Under the pieces are notes generated by a model. It had not been told where the DNA came from, made no database searches, and saw only the letters and a list, made by a program, of their open reading frames with translations. The position numbers and the translations under genes were made by a program. DNA of 64,000 nucleotides, from positions 248,001 to 312,000 of the forward strand of contig RSEE01000064.1 of NCBI GenBank assembly GCA_003971905.1, in the 5' to 3' direction. The stretch is from Moniliella sp. 'wahieum' (taxonomy: Eukaryota). Positions 46,226 through 60,167 of the stretch are shown one piece after another (positions within the stretch are counted from its first letter, which is position 1; each line of letters starts with the position of its first letter).

Positions 46226-47506
46226 GCAGAGGCTGGTGGTTTGCCGGTGGGTCGTGCTGTGAACTCGTGACTCGTGCTCGTACGCTGCTCATCTTGATGA
46301 TGATGGCTTCACCTTACCCCCCGCACCTCCCCTCACCACAAAACACAAAAACGCATGCCATCCTATCCCTCTTGGCACTGCTCGCTGTGGCTGGGCCCAG
46401 GCTCAGAAAGAAGTACGGTGATGGCACGTAGCATAAAGCGCACCCTCGCACATTAGCACATTAGCACATAGATGTCCGTGCGCAACCCCTTCTACCAACC
46501 CCATGCGTCACATACTATGCGCAATGCACTATGCATCGTCCGCAGCATTCTTATGGGACCGGGGAAACCCAATGTGGCCAGTACAGTGTACAAACAAATG
46601 CACGTGGTGCAACCGGCCAAAAAGCCAAGGGAGTTTTACCTACAAGTACTTATTTTTACTTTGCTACTCCTATCAGTACCTACCGTACCGTTCGTACCGT
46701 CCCTATCCTCCAGGTCGCACATCGATAGAGAGTGCGGCCACGACACCACACCGCGCCTTGCAGTCCGGTGCCCACGTGCCAAACTAGACTGTACCTGAAT
46801 CATGACGCGCACGATGGCACGAACCCTTGATGGAAATGAAGCGGAAGGAGTGGACAAAGCGGTCGAGAAGCGGACAAAGTGGCGACATGGGATTGGAGAG
46901 AGTGGACAAAACGACGAAATGAACCTAGGATGGGAAGAGGAGAGGAGGGGAGTGGGGGCGAGGAAAGGAGGAGACGGGGAGAGGGGGGAGAGGAGAACCG
47001 AAGAGGAGAACAGAAGAGGAGATGAGAGGAGGAGAAGACCAAGACGACCGCTGGCGCTGCGCGCAACTAATATTTAGCCACGGTGCGATCCCGACTTTTA
47101 GTGGATCTTGGGGCCGGCAGCTCTCAGTTCTCCATCTCTCAGTTCTCAGTTCTCAGTTCTCAGCTTTCAGCGCTGAGAGCGCTTGTGAACACAATAGGAG
47201 AGCGTGTTTTGGGCCCGCAAAAAAGGGGGTTGGAGGACCTTTCAGGACCTCTGAAGAGTGTCCCTTCGGGGGAGGATTTTGACCACCCGCGCCGCGCAAT
47301 ACTAAGAGCTTGGGACGAACTAGCGGAGGGGGGTGTGGCGAGGTTCCCGTACGGAGGAGTGTACCAAATACGAAGTGTACCAAGTACACGTGTACCGCGT
47401 CACATTCCTTGACGCGGAAAGACTTTGCTCTTTGGAACCTGCACTTGCTTACGCTTGATGCCAGTAGAACAGATCGTATCGTGCGGAAAAGGGAAGGAGA
47501 AGAACA

Positions 47507-47550
<44 letters not shown>

Positions 47551-47817
47551 GTGCGAATAGTGCGGATGGGCAAGGTCAAAAAGAAAGAGAAGTAGGGGCA
47601 AAGGATCAGAGGGAGGATAGAGCGAGGAGCAGCAACCGATCGAGACCTCAACAGAAACATAAGCAAGCGGGAAGCACAGCGCGATCCCCATCGCACAACT
47701 GGAATTTAATGTATTGTGGCGTTACGTTGGGCGATGGTCCTTGGTCGGTGTGCGAAGCGTCGCCCGTCGTCGGTTACCCGTCGTCGACCGTTAATCAATG
47801 GGGTAACGCCCTCGCCT

Positions 47818-47856
<39 letters not shown>

Positions 47857-47944
47857 CTCGCCCTCACCCTCACCCTCACCCTCCAACGCAAGGGTACCAG
47901 AACCCCCACTTCGGAACCCCCACTTCGCACAGCCGAGTAAGGCC

Positions 47945-50510
47945 CTAGGTATGAGGTATTATGTATTGGTGACGAACAAGGCGCGTACGGGGGTTGCATT
48001 GGTACTCTGGGGTGCCCGTGCGAGCCGAGGGGGGAGGAGGCGGGGTAGGCGATCCACCCGTCGGGACGTAGTGGTAAAGGGTTAGGTGGACGCGTGTACC
48101 ATGTGAACGACGGGTGACGCTGATGCCGACGGGTGATGCTGATGGTGATGGTGATGGTGATGCCGACGGGGCCTGTACCACCTCTGAACTCCCAGCAGCA
48201 GTAACCGAGACGGGAAACCGATCCTCGGCCTTGTCAACGTCCCACCACCGTCAGCGTTAACGTCAACGCAACCGTCAACACCACCATCGTTGCCGTCATT
48301 GTCGTTGTCGTTGTCGTCCAAAGTTTCCTGGGTATCAGCGAGGCACATGTCGTGGCATGCCCAACCGAGTGGGTGAGATGAGCCTGGGTATCAGGGCTGA
48401 GCTTGGCCAAACGGAGGCCAGGCGTGTGCTGGAACGGATCGATACGCGAAGACATGCCGACGGAGCTGGTGGTTAGGCGGTGTGGCTGGCATGGACGAGG
48501 GACGGAACCGAGGGTACTCGGACCAAATCGGCTATCGCTGTCCCCCGTCGCAAGCGCACTAGGAGGCTGAGCGTTCCGGTCCCATTCCATCCCTCGCCCG
48601 TCTCGTTGCCACTTGGGGAAGGTACCGTGACGGCTGATGCCTTCTTAGCTGGTGGGTGGGGCGAAAGGCACATTTAGTCCGGTCGCGCCCGGGGGGTGGC
48701 GAAGGGGGCAGATCAGGGTACGCGATGGAGCTCAAAGGAATGTCGAATGCGAACGGTTGAGTGGTGGATAGGATACATGGCAACAGAACGACCTGAAGAG
48801 GCCCCATCTGCATCCCTGGGCCCCTCTTCGTTCCCCCCGCAGGGTCGGCAACTTTGGGACAAGGCAAGCGGGTTCGGTGGCCAGCAGGCTCGTTCTCGTT
48901 CAGGGTATGTTTGGGCCCCGTGGAGATTCGTCCGGAGAGATATAGGCCGGTAAGGTCTCGATCTTGGCGGGGTGCGAGGTGGTGTGCCGAGGGACGATTT
49001 GGATCGTGACGACGGATTGATGTCGTGGGCCGGCGCTACGTTCAGGGCACTGGCACCTGAGCGAGTTGTATCCGACTTGCTGGTCGTCCGATGTGTATCT
49101 GCCGATCTTGCTGAGAGAGGCGGGGCATCTTGGGCAGGCCAGGATCACTGCCTTCTTCCCCTTGGTACTTGGAGTTAGCCCAAGGGCGGGTTGACAATCG
49201 TGCCTACCAAGGCAGAAAGTCTTTTGCCGCGGCGCAAGGCCAGCGCGGCGGAGCGGCGTCTGCTCCCCCGCGAATAGGCCGGGAGGGAAGCTGCTCCTTG
49301 GGGTGGTCCCACCTCTAGTGTCATTACCAAGCTCATTCGCTGCCATGGAGGAGAATAGGATCACGGGTCGGTCGTCGGGGGGTAACGGGGAAAGGGAGCT
49401 GCTAGGTCGAGACGAGGAGGGTGGAAGAGGCCAGGGCCAGTTGAGCGGACTGGTCAAGCCCATCCCGATCGTGGAAGGGGAAAGGGGGAAGGCCGCTCTA
49501 ATGCGTGGGGCGTCGTCCAGTGCGAAGGCCATGGCGACGAGTGCAGGTTGACCGGGCATTGCGGGCGGTGGGGGTGGAACAGGTGCAGCTGGGGGGGGGG
49601 GGGGATCTCGGGTGTCGCTAAATAGTTCGGTGCGGAGGCCAGACCTGGGGGGAGCTATGAATAGGGGGACTGCATGGCAGGTGAGGGGAGGGGCGGTGTG
49701 TCGGAAGAATCGTAAAAGGGGCGGCGCTTGGATGAGGGACGCAGGGCGGGGGTAGTAGCGGAGGGATGTGTGTTGGGGCGGTGTGGATGGAGGGCGCGTC
49801 TGCGGCAGTGCCAGATACATAGTGTGATGCTGATGGCAACCAAGAGAATGGCCACGACAGCGACGGCGACAAAGGTGCCAATGACGGCAGGATGGTTGCG
49901 GAAGAAAGACGGGGAATGGGTGGGGGACGTGGTCGTGATGATGGAGGAGGTGGCCGGTTTCTGCTGGGGCGAGAGGGAGGGGGGAGTGAGGGCTGCTGGG
50001 TGCTGGCCGCCGAGGAGGCTTGCGATGAGGTCGGACGCGGGTCTGTGGGACTATTACTGTTGGCGAGGAGGGTTAGTATGGGCACGGACCAGGCAGATGA
50101 AGCGTGTATGTGATGGCAGCTGTGTGGCAGACAAGGCGGCGGGTAGGACACGCGTGCCTGGATGGATACATCGATGGAGCGGGAGACGACCCAGGAGGGG
50201 TGAGGAGGGAGAGAGAGACTCACTTGGGGGTTACAAGAAGCAGCGCAGCAGGAAGACGGGCATGGCGGGGCGGTGGAGGAAACGAGCGAAGCAAAGGAGG
50301 GTGCGTGTCGATGGGGCGCGAGCGGAGCGCATGGATGGAGGAGGAGGACAAGAAGAGGATAAGGAAGAGAGGGAGGCGAGAGCGAGAAGGAGGCAGCGAG
50401 GAGAATGCCAGTGCGGGTGCTGCGGCACTGGCCCTCTTGCCCTACCCGGGCCCAAGCCAACCAATACAAGCGAGGCCAACGCGACACCGCTCCACACACT
50501 GGCGCCATGC
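47945..50510 (-). CDS. Hypothetical single-pass membrane protein (S/T-rich ectodomain, TM, long Pro/Ser-rich cytoplasmic tail; Mid2/Wsc-like topology)
   Basis: PATSSIITTTSPTHSPSFFRNHPAVIGTFVAVAVVAILLVAISITLCIWHCRRR (TM plus basic stop-transfer, about 49950-49800). Probable intron about 50223-50057; overlapping minus-strand ORFs down to 47945. Boundaries uncertain. Confidence 0.5.
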
Positions 50511-51377
50511 TGCTAAGGACTATGCCAGCTGCCTCCGTGCAGGCCGACCGGCGCCAAACCTCCGCCGCGCGCGTCTGCGGGTGCGGGGTGGGGCGCGGGG
50601 GCGAGTCGCTATGCATTCGGCCCAGCCGCAGCGCTCCTGCTCTCCTACTCCCTACTCCTTCCCCTCCCCTCATCCCCCTCCGCTACTCGGCCCCTGCCGC
50701 CTCCGCCGCCCAGTTGCAAAGCTCGGCACGTCCGCTGCAATCGTCGTGGCCATGGAGAGGTGCGCGAGCCACGGCTTGACCGCACCCCCGCATCCGATTG
50801 GGTCACCATGCACCACTCGGTCCCCTCTGCCCCCTCCATCACTGCCTCCACACTCGCGTACCGACCGCGCACTTGCTTCGCCCCCCGCCGCCTGCGCTTG
50901 CGCCTGCGCCTGCGCTTCATCCGGCAGCGATACGGGCAGGCTGATCACGAGGAAGGAGCGGTAGCGGGGTTGCAGGGCTCCCTCGCGCTCCCCCCCCGCG
51001 ACTGCTCCAGTCCTCTTCGCTGGCTCCTTCGCTGGCTCCTTTGCTAGTTCCTCCGCCGGTGCCCCGCCGCGAGCCAGGCACGAACTTGCTCCCAATGTGC
51101 TGGTCCTAGAGGCTGTGCGTGAGGGGGCAGGGGAATGGTCATGACGAGTTCGAGAAAGAAGCGTCGCTTGAGAGGCCAGGAAGGTGGTAAGTTAGTCCCC
51201 ACACGTCGGCTTGGAGGGTGCCCTGATGGACAGGCACAGCACTTATGGCCGCCTCGAGGACGTGGATGTAGGCCTGTTCATGCAGCGTGTGGTCGACGAG
51301 TAGACCGCGGTAGAACGTGTCGTACGCTTTCGCGCGAATGGACCTGTCAACAGATGCAGGCGACGCGGATCGTCAGA

Positions 51378-51478
51378 TCAGATGGTCAGACAGTCAGTGG
51401 TCAGATGGTCGATGGTCATGATGTCAGATGGTCAATGGTCAGATGGTCAGATGGTCAGATGGTCAGATGGTTAGATCG
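51378..51478. repeat. (AGATGGTC)n octamer repeat
   Basis: Degenerate tandem cagatggt/gatggtca units. Confidence 0.85.
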
Positions 51479-51947
51479 TTCGTCGTTCGTCCGTTCGTGC
51501 ACCCATAATCAGTCGGTGCGTCAGTCGCACGCTCGCGTATGAGCAGGGCGGAACGAAAGGTATACGGAAGGGGGCGACGCACACTTTGTCTGCCAAACCA
51601 ATCGAAGCGAGTCAGGTCGGGTCGGAAGCCGAAGCCGAAGCAGAAGCCGAAGCAGAAGCAGAAGCAGAAAGAAGCAGAAGCAAAGAGGCAGACGCGGAAA
51701 CGTGATGGGGAGCGCGAGGGTACGAATACGAGGGGAGCGCGTCTTGCGAGGGGAGGTTAGCGCACTGGACTTGGATGGGCGCGGCCTTGGCGGGCGGCCA
51801 GGAGGCGCGGGCTTGCGCGACGAGTTGGCCGGCAGCCAGGACAAGCGAAGCCAACTGCGCGTACTCTCGGGACAGGACGCGGACGAATGTCGATCGCATC
51901 GGCTGCAACAGCGTTGGGCGCAGACAGGTTGCCGTTTGCCGGATATG

Positions 51948-52036
51948 CTTGCCGGGTATGGTTGCCGGGTATGGTTGCCGGTATGGTTGCCGGGTATGGT
52001 TGCCGGATATGGTTGTTGGGTGCCGGGTACGGTTGC
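51948..52036. repeat. 13-bp minisatellite (GGTTGCCGGGTAT) x~6
   Basis: Tandem ttgccgggtatgg units about 150 bp downstream of the tRNA. Confidence 0.85.
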
Positions 52037-52182
52037 TGTTCGTTCCAGTCCAATAGCCGACGCACGCGCGTCAGGCAGGTTGGACGTGTGGGTTACTTGG
52101 GTACTACCGACTACTCGGTCCTTTTTATTGCTGGCGATCACTACCACTCCTATCCGCCACCGGTCACCGCAGACAAAAAGAA

Positions 52183-52251
52183 TGGACGAACAGGGAATTG
52201 AACCCCGGACCTCATGCATGCTAAGCAGCGCTCTACCCCAGCTATCCGCCC
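52183..52251 (-). tRNA. tRNA-Ala(AGC)
   Basis: GGGCGGATAGCTGGGGTAGAGCGCTGCTTAGCATGCATGAGGTCCGGGGTTCAATTCCCTGTTCGTCCA. Acceptor GGGCGGA/TTCGTCC with the G3:U70 Ala determinant, loop TTAGCAT, T arm CGGGG-TTCAATT-CCCTG, followed by TTCTTTTT terminator. D and anticodon arms look a few nt short. Confidence 0.9.
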
Positions 52252-52713
52252 TTTGTTAGTTTAGTCCCTCCCCCCCGTATCCAGACCCGAGTTGGGACGT
52301 ACACTGGAACCCCCGCCAAGCAGCGACCCACGCACGAACTGCTTCCTGTCCTATCCTCCTTACCACCTCTGGCGCTCCCATTGCGCAGACACAGCACAGC
52401 ACCCCATAAAACAGAACAGAACAGCAATTCAGTTTGGAGCCAACCGGGGACAAAACGGGACACGCATTCTGGCATACCGGGGGAGGGGCGATGGGAGAGG
52501 AGGAGGGAGGGGGGGGGGGGGATCAAGAAAAGGAAAAAGGAGAAAGACGAGAAAAAGAAAAGGAGAGAAGGAGAGAAAGGAGAGGAGGGAGAGAAAGGAG
52601 AGAAAGGGAGATCGAGGGGCAAGAGAAGAAAGGGGAACAAAAGGAAAGTAGGGCAAAGATGATGGATGTGGAACGCGAGCGACCCAACCAGCCGCCGCAA
52701 CCGAGTTTTGGTC

Positions 52714-55700
52714 TCAGCTGCTGCTCGCAGTGGCATTCGCATTTTCATTCTCATTCTCATTCTCATTCTCATTCTCCTTGGCGCTCGCCTGGGCCATCTG
52801 GACCAAAGTATCAAACACGCCCGAGTGCTTAGCCATGCGATAAAAGTGACCGTCGGGATTACGCAACAACTTGGCAGGCGTATCGAATTCGACGACCTTG
52901 CCAGCATCCAGGACCATGACACGGGAAAACTCTGCAATGGTAGTTAAGCGATGCGCAATGACCAGCATAATGTTGTCTTTGAACCGGTCACGAATCACCT
53001 GCTGGATAGCCCGGTCCGAACCAAAGTCCACGCTCGCAGTAGCTTCATCAGCAATCACGATTTGGTTGTGGGATAAGAGCGCACGGGCCATAGCGAGTAA
53101 CTGGCGTTGACCTTGCGATAAGTTGCCTCCCGAATCGGCTACCGCCGAGTCGAGCGTCAGTTCCGTTACTTCACCCACGTTGGCCACCGCATCGGGTGCT
53201 GCTGTTGCGTCAGACGGGCGATCTGCCGATGGGGACGGTGGGCGCGTAGGCGCGCGGGAGACAGCTTGGCTCGCAGTGGGGGAGCGACTGAGTCGGACCT
53301 GAGCCAAGACGGTGCGGCACTCTTCATCGGTATGTTCATCAAAGGGATCGAGGTTATCGCGGACGGTACCTTGGAACAGGACGGGGTCTTGAGGGATAAA
53401 TGAGATTGCGGAACGAAGGTCACGTAGTCCGATCGTACGAATATCAATACCTTCAATTGAGATGGTTCCCTTGTCCGGATCGACAAAGCGGAGTAAACTG
53501 CTAGCACAGGTAGATTTGCCACTACCTGTGCGACCTACGATACCTACCTTCTCCCCTGGTCGAATTTCAAATGAGACGCCCTTGAGGACCGGGTCGAAGG
53601 ACGGGTCGTACCGCAACCACACGTCGTCAAACCGGATCGTCGCCTTGTTACTGGGCCAGGCAGCAGGGGGTTCGTGGCCCTCAATTACCTGCGGTGGTTC
53701 TTGAGGCAGCTTCGGTGGGAGGTAATCCACCACGCGCTCAATGGACGTCAACTCCTGTTCCAAGTTGGCCCAGCCGCGCGATAGCCAGTAGCACGACAAG
53801 GTAAAGTTGGCAGCTTGCGTGATAGCAACTGCTGCCATACCAGCTGACATGGCTCCGGACAAGGCAAGGATTTGCGTAGCAAACACACATAGGCCACCGA
53901 CAAAGTCGACACGGAACATGAGCCACCGATTCGTCATCCACCAAAAGAAGTGCGCCGAGGAGAACGAGTCGACCTTGTGGTACACCTCATGCAGCAACCG
54001 CGTCTCGGCCGAGAAGGCACGGATGGTCGCAATGCCCTTGAGAGCTTCGGAATACCCACTAAAGATGGGGGAACGGTGGGCCGACTCGAGCCGACGGAGG
54101 TCGCGCGAGCAAGCAACGTACACCTTGGCGACTGGACAGACAAACAGACAAACAGGCAAACAGAGAGACAAGGTCAGTGAAACTGGTTCCGGTTCCGGCA
54201 CCGAGGCAGTCGGCAGTCGCAAACCAAAACCAAAGCGGATAGTACGTACGTGAGTAGTAGAGCCACATGACTCCAAGTGCTGGGATCATAAAGGCCGGGA
54301 CCAAGACCGAAAGCGTGGCAAACGCAGTGATAAGGGAAAAGACTTGGAACAGCACAGTAGAGGCCGATTGGAGCAACCCGAGTCAAGCGACTCAATGTCC
54401 TTTCCGAACCGATTGAGGATCTGACCTGAAGGGGTCTTGTCCAACCATCGTGTGGTCGAGTGGCTGACCGAGTTGAGCATCCGCACAAACAGTGCACGCG
54501 AAGCACGGAGCGATGCAATGCACATCAGCACGTTAGCCATGACCGAGGCGATGCATGAAAAGAATTCAATCAGGGCAAAAATGAGCATGTAGGGAAGGGG
54601 AGCCGTCTGGGCCGGCGGCAACCAACACCGTTTCTCTGCCACTCCAACGCCATCGCCCGCACCTGAAGGTGGAAGCGCAACAGCACCTTGACGAGCAGGG
54701 GGGTCCAGCGCGAGTGGTACACCATCCCAGACGTTGTCAGGGGGACAATCGGGCCGGCCAAGTCGCCTGTCTGACCACAGTCGCTGCCGCCGGAAGCCCA
54801 GTAAGAGAGCCAAACCGACGAAGACAGTTCCGTCGCATTGGTGACAACCAGGGCCAATCCAACTAGGGCAATCATCCACCACCCCAGCGCACGGAGGTAG
54901 ATGCCGTACACGTGACTCTTGACTCGTCCCACCCGCACCTTCTCCTTCTCCACAATATTGTGGGTCGCCTTACTTCCATCCAGGGGCCCGATTGCTTGGC
55001 TTGTCGCCTTGGGGAGCTTTGTCCTTCCCATGGCTCGTTCCAGTTTCTGGTCCTTCTCCGATTCCGATTCCAATTCCTGATCCTTCTCCTTATCCTGCGG
55101 CGACTCGGACGATTTGCCCTTTCCTTTGGTATCGTGGTTGGAATGCACCTCGATCGCGCCCGAGGCGACCAGCTCGCTGGCCGAGCCCATCGCAGCCACG
55201 GTACCGCGCTCCAACTTGATCACCCGCTTGACATGGGGCAGGACGAGATCAATGTGGTGCGTGACGAGTAAGATACTACGGTTGCATCAGCGGGCCGGTC
55301 AGGCACTCAGTGACGAGCTTTTGTGCCGTATGCGCATCGACGGCCGACAAGACATCGTCAAGCAAAACGGTGCGTGCTTTGGAGTACACGGCGCGTGCCA
55401 AGGCCACCCGAGCCTTTTGTCCGCCCGAGAGGGAGATGCCACCTTCACCAATCTCTTGCAGATCGCCATCGTCAAACAGTTCAATGTCCGGCATCAACGC
55501 ACACGCCTCCAACACGGCCTTGTACCGGTCCATGTCCATTCTCCCCGAACAAAATGTTGTCCCTGACGCTCTTTTGTTGCAGCCAGGGCTGCTGCGCACA
55601 AAATGAGATGCCACCGTGCAAACCGGTGACGGGATCGACAATGCCAGGTTGCTTGTCCAATACCAACTTGCCTGACACCACATCCATCTCGCCAGCAGAC

Positions 55701-58466
55701 CCGACAGCAAACTGCTTACCCGCGCCCGTCGGTCCACACACCAAAGTCAACCTTCATCCACGGTAAGCGTAATATTGTGCAAGGTAAACTGGGTCTGAGC
55801 CAGGTCGGAAGAGCTGGCAGCCGAGCTGCTCGCCGCGTCCGGAGCGACCGTCTCTTGAGCCGGGGCGGATTTGCGCCAAAAGGCCGCTTTGGCAACCACC
55901 TTGCGGACCGAAGCAAAGCGCGACGGTTTGGCCTTGGGGGTAGGATCGTCAAGGGACTGGGTGTTGTGCCAGCGGAAGGTCGCGTTGGATGCGATGACAT
56001 TGTCGCGCAACGGCATGCTGGCCAAGGTAACTGGCCGGTGAAGTGTACTGACTCCCTCGGGCACCTCGGGGTACTCGAGGAAGCGTTCAATCCGACGCGC
56101 CGAGACAAACATGCTGACTGAATGGTTGATCATCATGGGCAGAACGCCCAACGGCTTGTTAAGTTGCTGGTACAGGTTGAGTGCGGTGAATGCGACGGGG
56201 ACAGTCAAGGTTTCTTGAACCAGAGCGTGTAGGAGGCAAAGCCAATCACCGAGATGGAGGCAGGTGCGAGGGCCGGGACCAAATGAGACCTGTGATAGAG
56301 CCGACAATGTAGCGCAAGAATTGCAAACGAAGTTCTTGGTTGCGGAGCTTGATCACGCGCTCACTAAACTTGCCTTCCCAGTTGATCAGCTTGATCAAGC
56401 GCAAGTTGTTGACCAGCTCGGACAGTGCCGCCATCCGCGAGTCGCGTACGTTGCTCGTGCGCTTGTACAGCTTGATCATCTGGCCCATCACCACCGACTG
56501 GATCGGAATCACAATGGGCACAATGGCAAAGCCTACAAACGCCGACCAGCCCAACTGTGTGTAGAGCATGATGAGACAGATGGTCAAGTCGAGCGGCGCG
56601 CCATACAACAGGTATAGCATCGATAGGAACATTCCCACCCCATTCGCATCCACCGACATGAGGCTTACCGCCCGCCCGACCCCTTGACCATTCTGGTTCT
56701 GCTCTGCCTTTTCATCTCCACGGCTTCCTTGGACGCCTTCTTGTCGTCTTCCTTAGCCTCGGCACTCTTCCCTTCCGACGAGGCAGCCTGCGTCGAGTCG
56801 GTGTCCGATGACGTCTCCGACGTGGCGTCCTTGTCCTTGTTCTCCTTATCCTTATCTTTGGATGCGTCCTCCACAGCGCCCGAGATCCTTGCAGCGCATG
56901 CCCTTGGAGAACATGGCGCTGATCAGCTCGCCACGCGTGCGCACCGCACAACGACGGCCTGCATACAGGTGCAGCAAGTCGGCCTCGGCCCCGCATGCAA
57001 CGAGCAACAGCCCCAGCGCAGCAATCGCATACGCCGTTTCGTGACTGGTGTACGAACCACCTTTGACGAGCGCCATCCATACCTCGTGAACGCCCAAGTT
57101 GGTATCCGAGTTGCGCTTGCCGGATTCGATGCCCTCCAGTACGCGTTTGAGCACAAGTGGCTTGGAATACGAAAGCACAGTGCTTACCACCTAGGGAGAG
57201 GGGGGGGGGAAGTAATAGAGTCAGTTTCCTTCCCTCTTGCATGCATCCCGACAGAAGAAAAAAACAAAAGCAAACAAACGAGAAGCACAACGTACAGTCA
57301 AAGACAAGTCGAGCAACAGATCGCGCGAGTTCATCGTCCAGATGCGCTTTACAATCCCCATGCCCTGCAGCTGACCCCACTTGCGATCCAGCACGCGCGC
57401 TTTCAAGTCGGCGCCCAAGCGCCACACATCTTCCTCGGCAATTTGCCCTTCTTGGACGCCTGGAGCAGCGAGTCGATCCAGCGGAACGTGCACCACTGCC
57501 ACAACGAGCAAAATGCTTCGGGCGAGGTGATTTTCGAAGCGTCCATGTTCGGGTTGGCCGGCGCGGTAAGGCGCGACTTGGGCGCTGCTGTATCCCAACA
57601 CGGCTTGCAACTGTGGTGTGAGCACCGAGAGCGGGAGGGAAAAGACGAGGTAGAGAGCATAGAGCATAGAGAGAAACACGATGCTGCCCGTTGCCGCGAG
57701 GCGTACCAGGCCGGTGAAGCATACAGCCCCGACCCATCGTACCACGTAAGGAAGACCAAGTGCAGGCGTACCACCGAGCTAGCCAGGAGGACCAAGAGCA
57801 ACGCAAGCGTATCGTACGACGGCGTGGGCTGGGGGCAAAAGAGGGTGCGCACCAGCACGTAGGCCCATCCGGCCGAGTCGAGAACAAGGTCGGTAACGAC
57901 TTGCGACCATGGCTCCTCGCCCGCATCCCACATCTGGCCTGCGGCCACATAGCAAAAGCGGGCCAAGAGCACGCCCAGGTGGATGAGACTGACGACGCTG
58001 AGGCCAATGGTGACGCTAGGTGCAGGCCAGCGCGGGGACGCAGCACTAGCGGAGGCAGGCAGAAGCGGGGTGTTTTCGGTAGCGGGGGCGTCTACAGGTC
58101 GGTGCCTTCGTCGTCCGAGTCGGTCTGGCCCCGACTGCGTTTCTCAGCGTCGAGGGAAATGGCAATGTCGTCGACGGAAACAAAGGGCTGGAAAGAGCGG
58201 CAGAGAAAGGCAATGCCAGGCAGGCCGAGGACAAAGTGCTGGACGGGGGCGTAGGACCAGAGGGCGTAGAGGAGGACGAGGAGGCGGGGACGACGTTGGA
58301 CAGGACGGCGAGGAGGGTGCGTTCAGTCCAGTGGGACGAAGGCGGGGGCGCGGCGGCGAGGGCGGCGGGCAGGGTGTTTGGCCTCGGCAGGGCTGGCGAG
58401 GGGGAGGGCGAAGGAGCGCATGAGCCACCGCGCCTCGAGAGGCGAGATGGGCATGGCAGACTCCAT
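52714..58466 (-). CDS. Full-size ABCC (MRP; Ybt1/Bpt1-like) ABC transporter
   Basis: TMD1 [27 protein letters not shown]1 [50 protein letters not shown]2 [36 protein letters not shown]2 [65 protein letters not shown]. Several introns and frameshifts; start approximate. Confidence 0.96.
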
Positions 58467-60133
58467 GGCGGCCAAGCGAGGGGAGGGGGCGGGGGAGGTG
58501 GTGGTGGTGTGGGCAGCGCAGACGACCGGGCAAGAAGACGGGATGCAGGCGGCGGTGGTGATTGAGGTGATTGAGTGATGGCTGATGCTGCCCATCCGGA
58601 CGGGGTGGCGGCGGGGATGGGTGAGGGCGAGTGGCGATGGGTGATGCTGCGGGTGATAAACGATGCATGCTTGTCCACCAATGTCCACGTCCACCTCCCC
58701 TTGCACCCCTCCACCCCGCGGAATTTGGTGGTTGATTGTGACAGGCACACAATCCACACGCCCGGCGTGGTACTGCTGGTCGACCGACGCTGCGTCCGAG
58801 ACGCATCCTCCCTGTGCTGGCTGCTGCGTGCCTGGTTCGCTGCCTGGCAAAAACAACACGTGGTCCATCCGCTGCACAATCGTACTCCTCATCGGCCCAG
58901 GCGGAATCCCCGTCAGCGAGATAACCAGTTGAAACCGACTCGGCGATAACATTCAATATTCACACCGGAGGCCGCATGTGTGTGGCGGCCTGTCGCACGC
59001 ACAACCATCCATCCGCACACACCGCCTGCCCCCGCCCCGCCGTCCCCCGCGCGTCCACACATGTCCACACGCAGTGCCCAGCTTCAAGCTTCTCACGCTG
59101 CTCACGTTCTCAGTTGTCAGGCACTCTGATCCCATTAGTGTGCAGCAGCTGGTGGACTGCCCGTTGGGTTACGCAGAGATGCAGCCTGCGTACAGCTGTG
59201 AACGCCATCCCAATGTCCATGCCACATGTCATGTGGTGCCTCGAGGGCTTTCGGTGTACGGGTTGTCGACGCGTCGCAGTTTGCCAAATAGGATGGGCTC
59301 CAGACAATCAGTACTCGGTAACCAATCAAGCTTCAAGCACTCAAGCCCACACGCCACACGGAGAGCGGCAGGGCGGCTGCGGTGCCACACACACAGGGCC
59401 ATGCTGTTCCGGTACATAGAGTGGCACGCCCAAGCCCCAGCCGGTTGGTTCCCTTTGGTGTTACATGTTGCACGTTACCGGTTACCGCGTTATCGGTACC
59501 AGTTATTGGCTGCTTAAAGCTTAAAGGCTCAAGCTACACGCTACAAGAGCGTTAAGTGACTCCAGTGACTCCCATCAGGCGGTGCCGATCACTGCAGGCC
59601 TGAGCCTCAGGCCAACTAGTGACTCTAGTGACTACTGGTGACATCTGGCCCATCCCTTGCGACCTACAAATCAGTGCACCACGTGTAAGAAACGTCGTCG
59701 ACGTCACCCCCTTGAAGGTCAAGGTCAGGTACATTGTCGACAAGCCATGTGGCCTTAGTACTTAGTAGAGATGGTATTCGTCGGTCTGGCCGGCCAAGGC
59801 ACGTCACACTTGCTTGCTCTATCTGCTGCTGCTTGGCTGTCTTTGGGGCGAGACGACAAGCGGGGTTCGTATTTGGTACAGGTACAATGCGCAAGCAGTG
59901 GATCCGTACCTGTGGGAGAAGGATTGGTTCCATGGCTTGGGTTCTGCCCGGGCGTGCGGATGGGCGGCCTGGACTAGCGGGGGTGCAAGCTCCTGGCAGC
60001 TGGGTGGTGGCGTGCTGCGACGCGGTCCAAGGTGCGCTGATCAAGCGACTTGGAACTGGTAGTACGGAAGCGGGGCATCTGACTGTCTAGTTAAACCATA
60101 GCATTGCGATGGTCATAACGTGGTGTTGACGCC

Positions 60134-60167
<34 letters not shown>

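Noticed and set aside
51521..52219. Minus-strand ORFs next to the tRNA
   Set aside because: Largely made of 13-mer and hexamer repeats plus tRNA sequence, with no domain or splice evidence.
5594..52716. Cryptic PTS1 via TGA-CTA stop readthrough, as known in smut fungi
   Set aside because: None of the reconstructed stop codons I checked has the TGA CTA context.
5594..58466. Frameshifts in nearly every gene as pseudogenisation, programmed frameshifting or RNA editing
   Set aside because: They also hit essential genes (EFB1, MSY1) and the tRNA, are mostly 1-2 bp deletions, and are not accompanied by nonsense or motif decay. This is the pattern of an unpolished long-read consensus.
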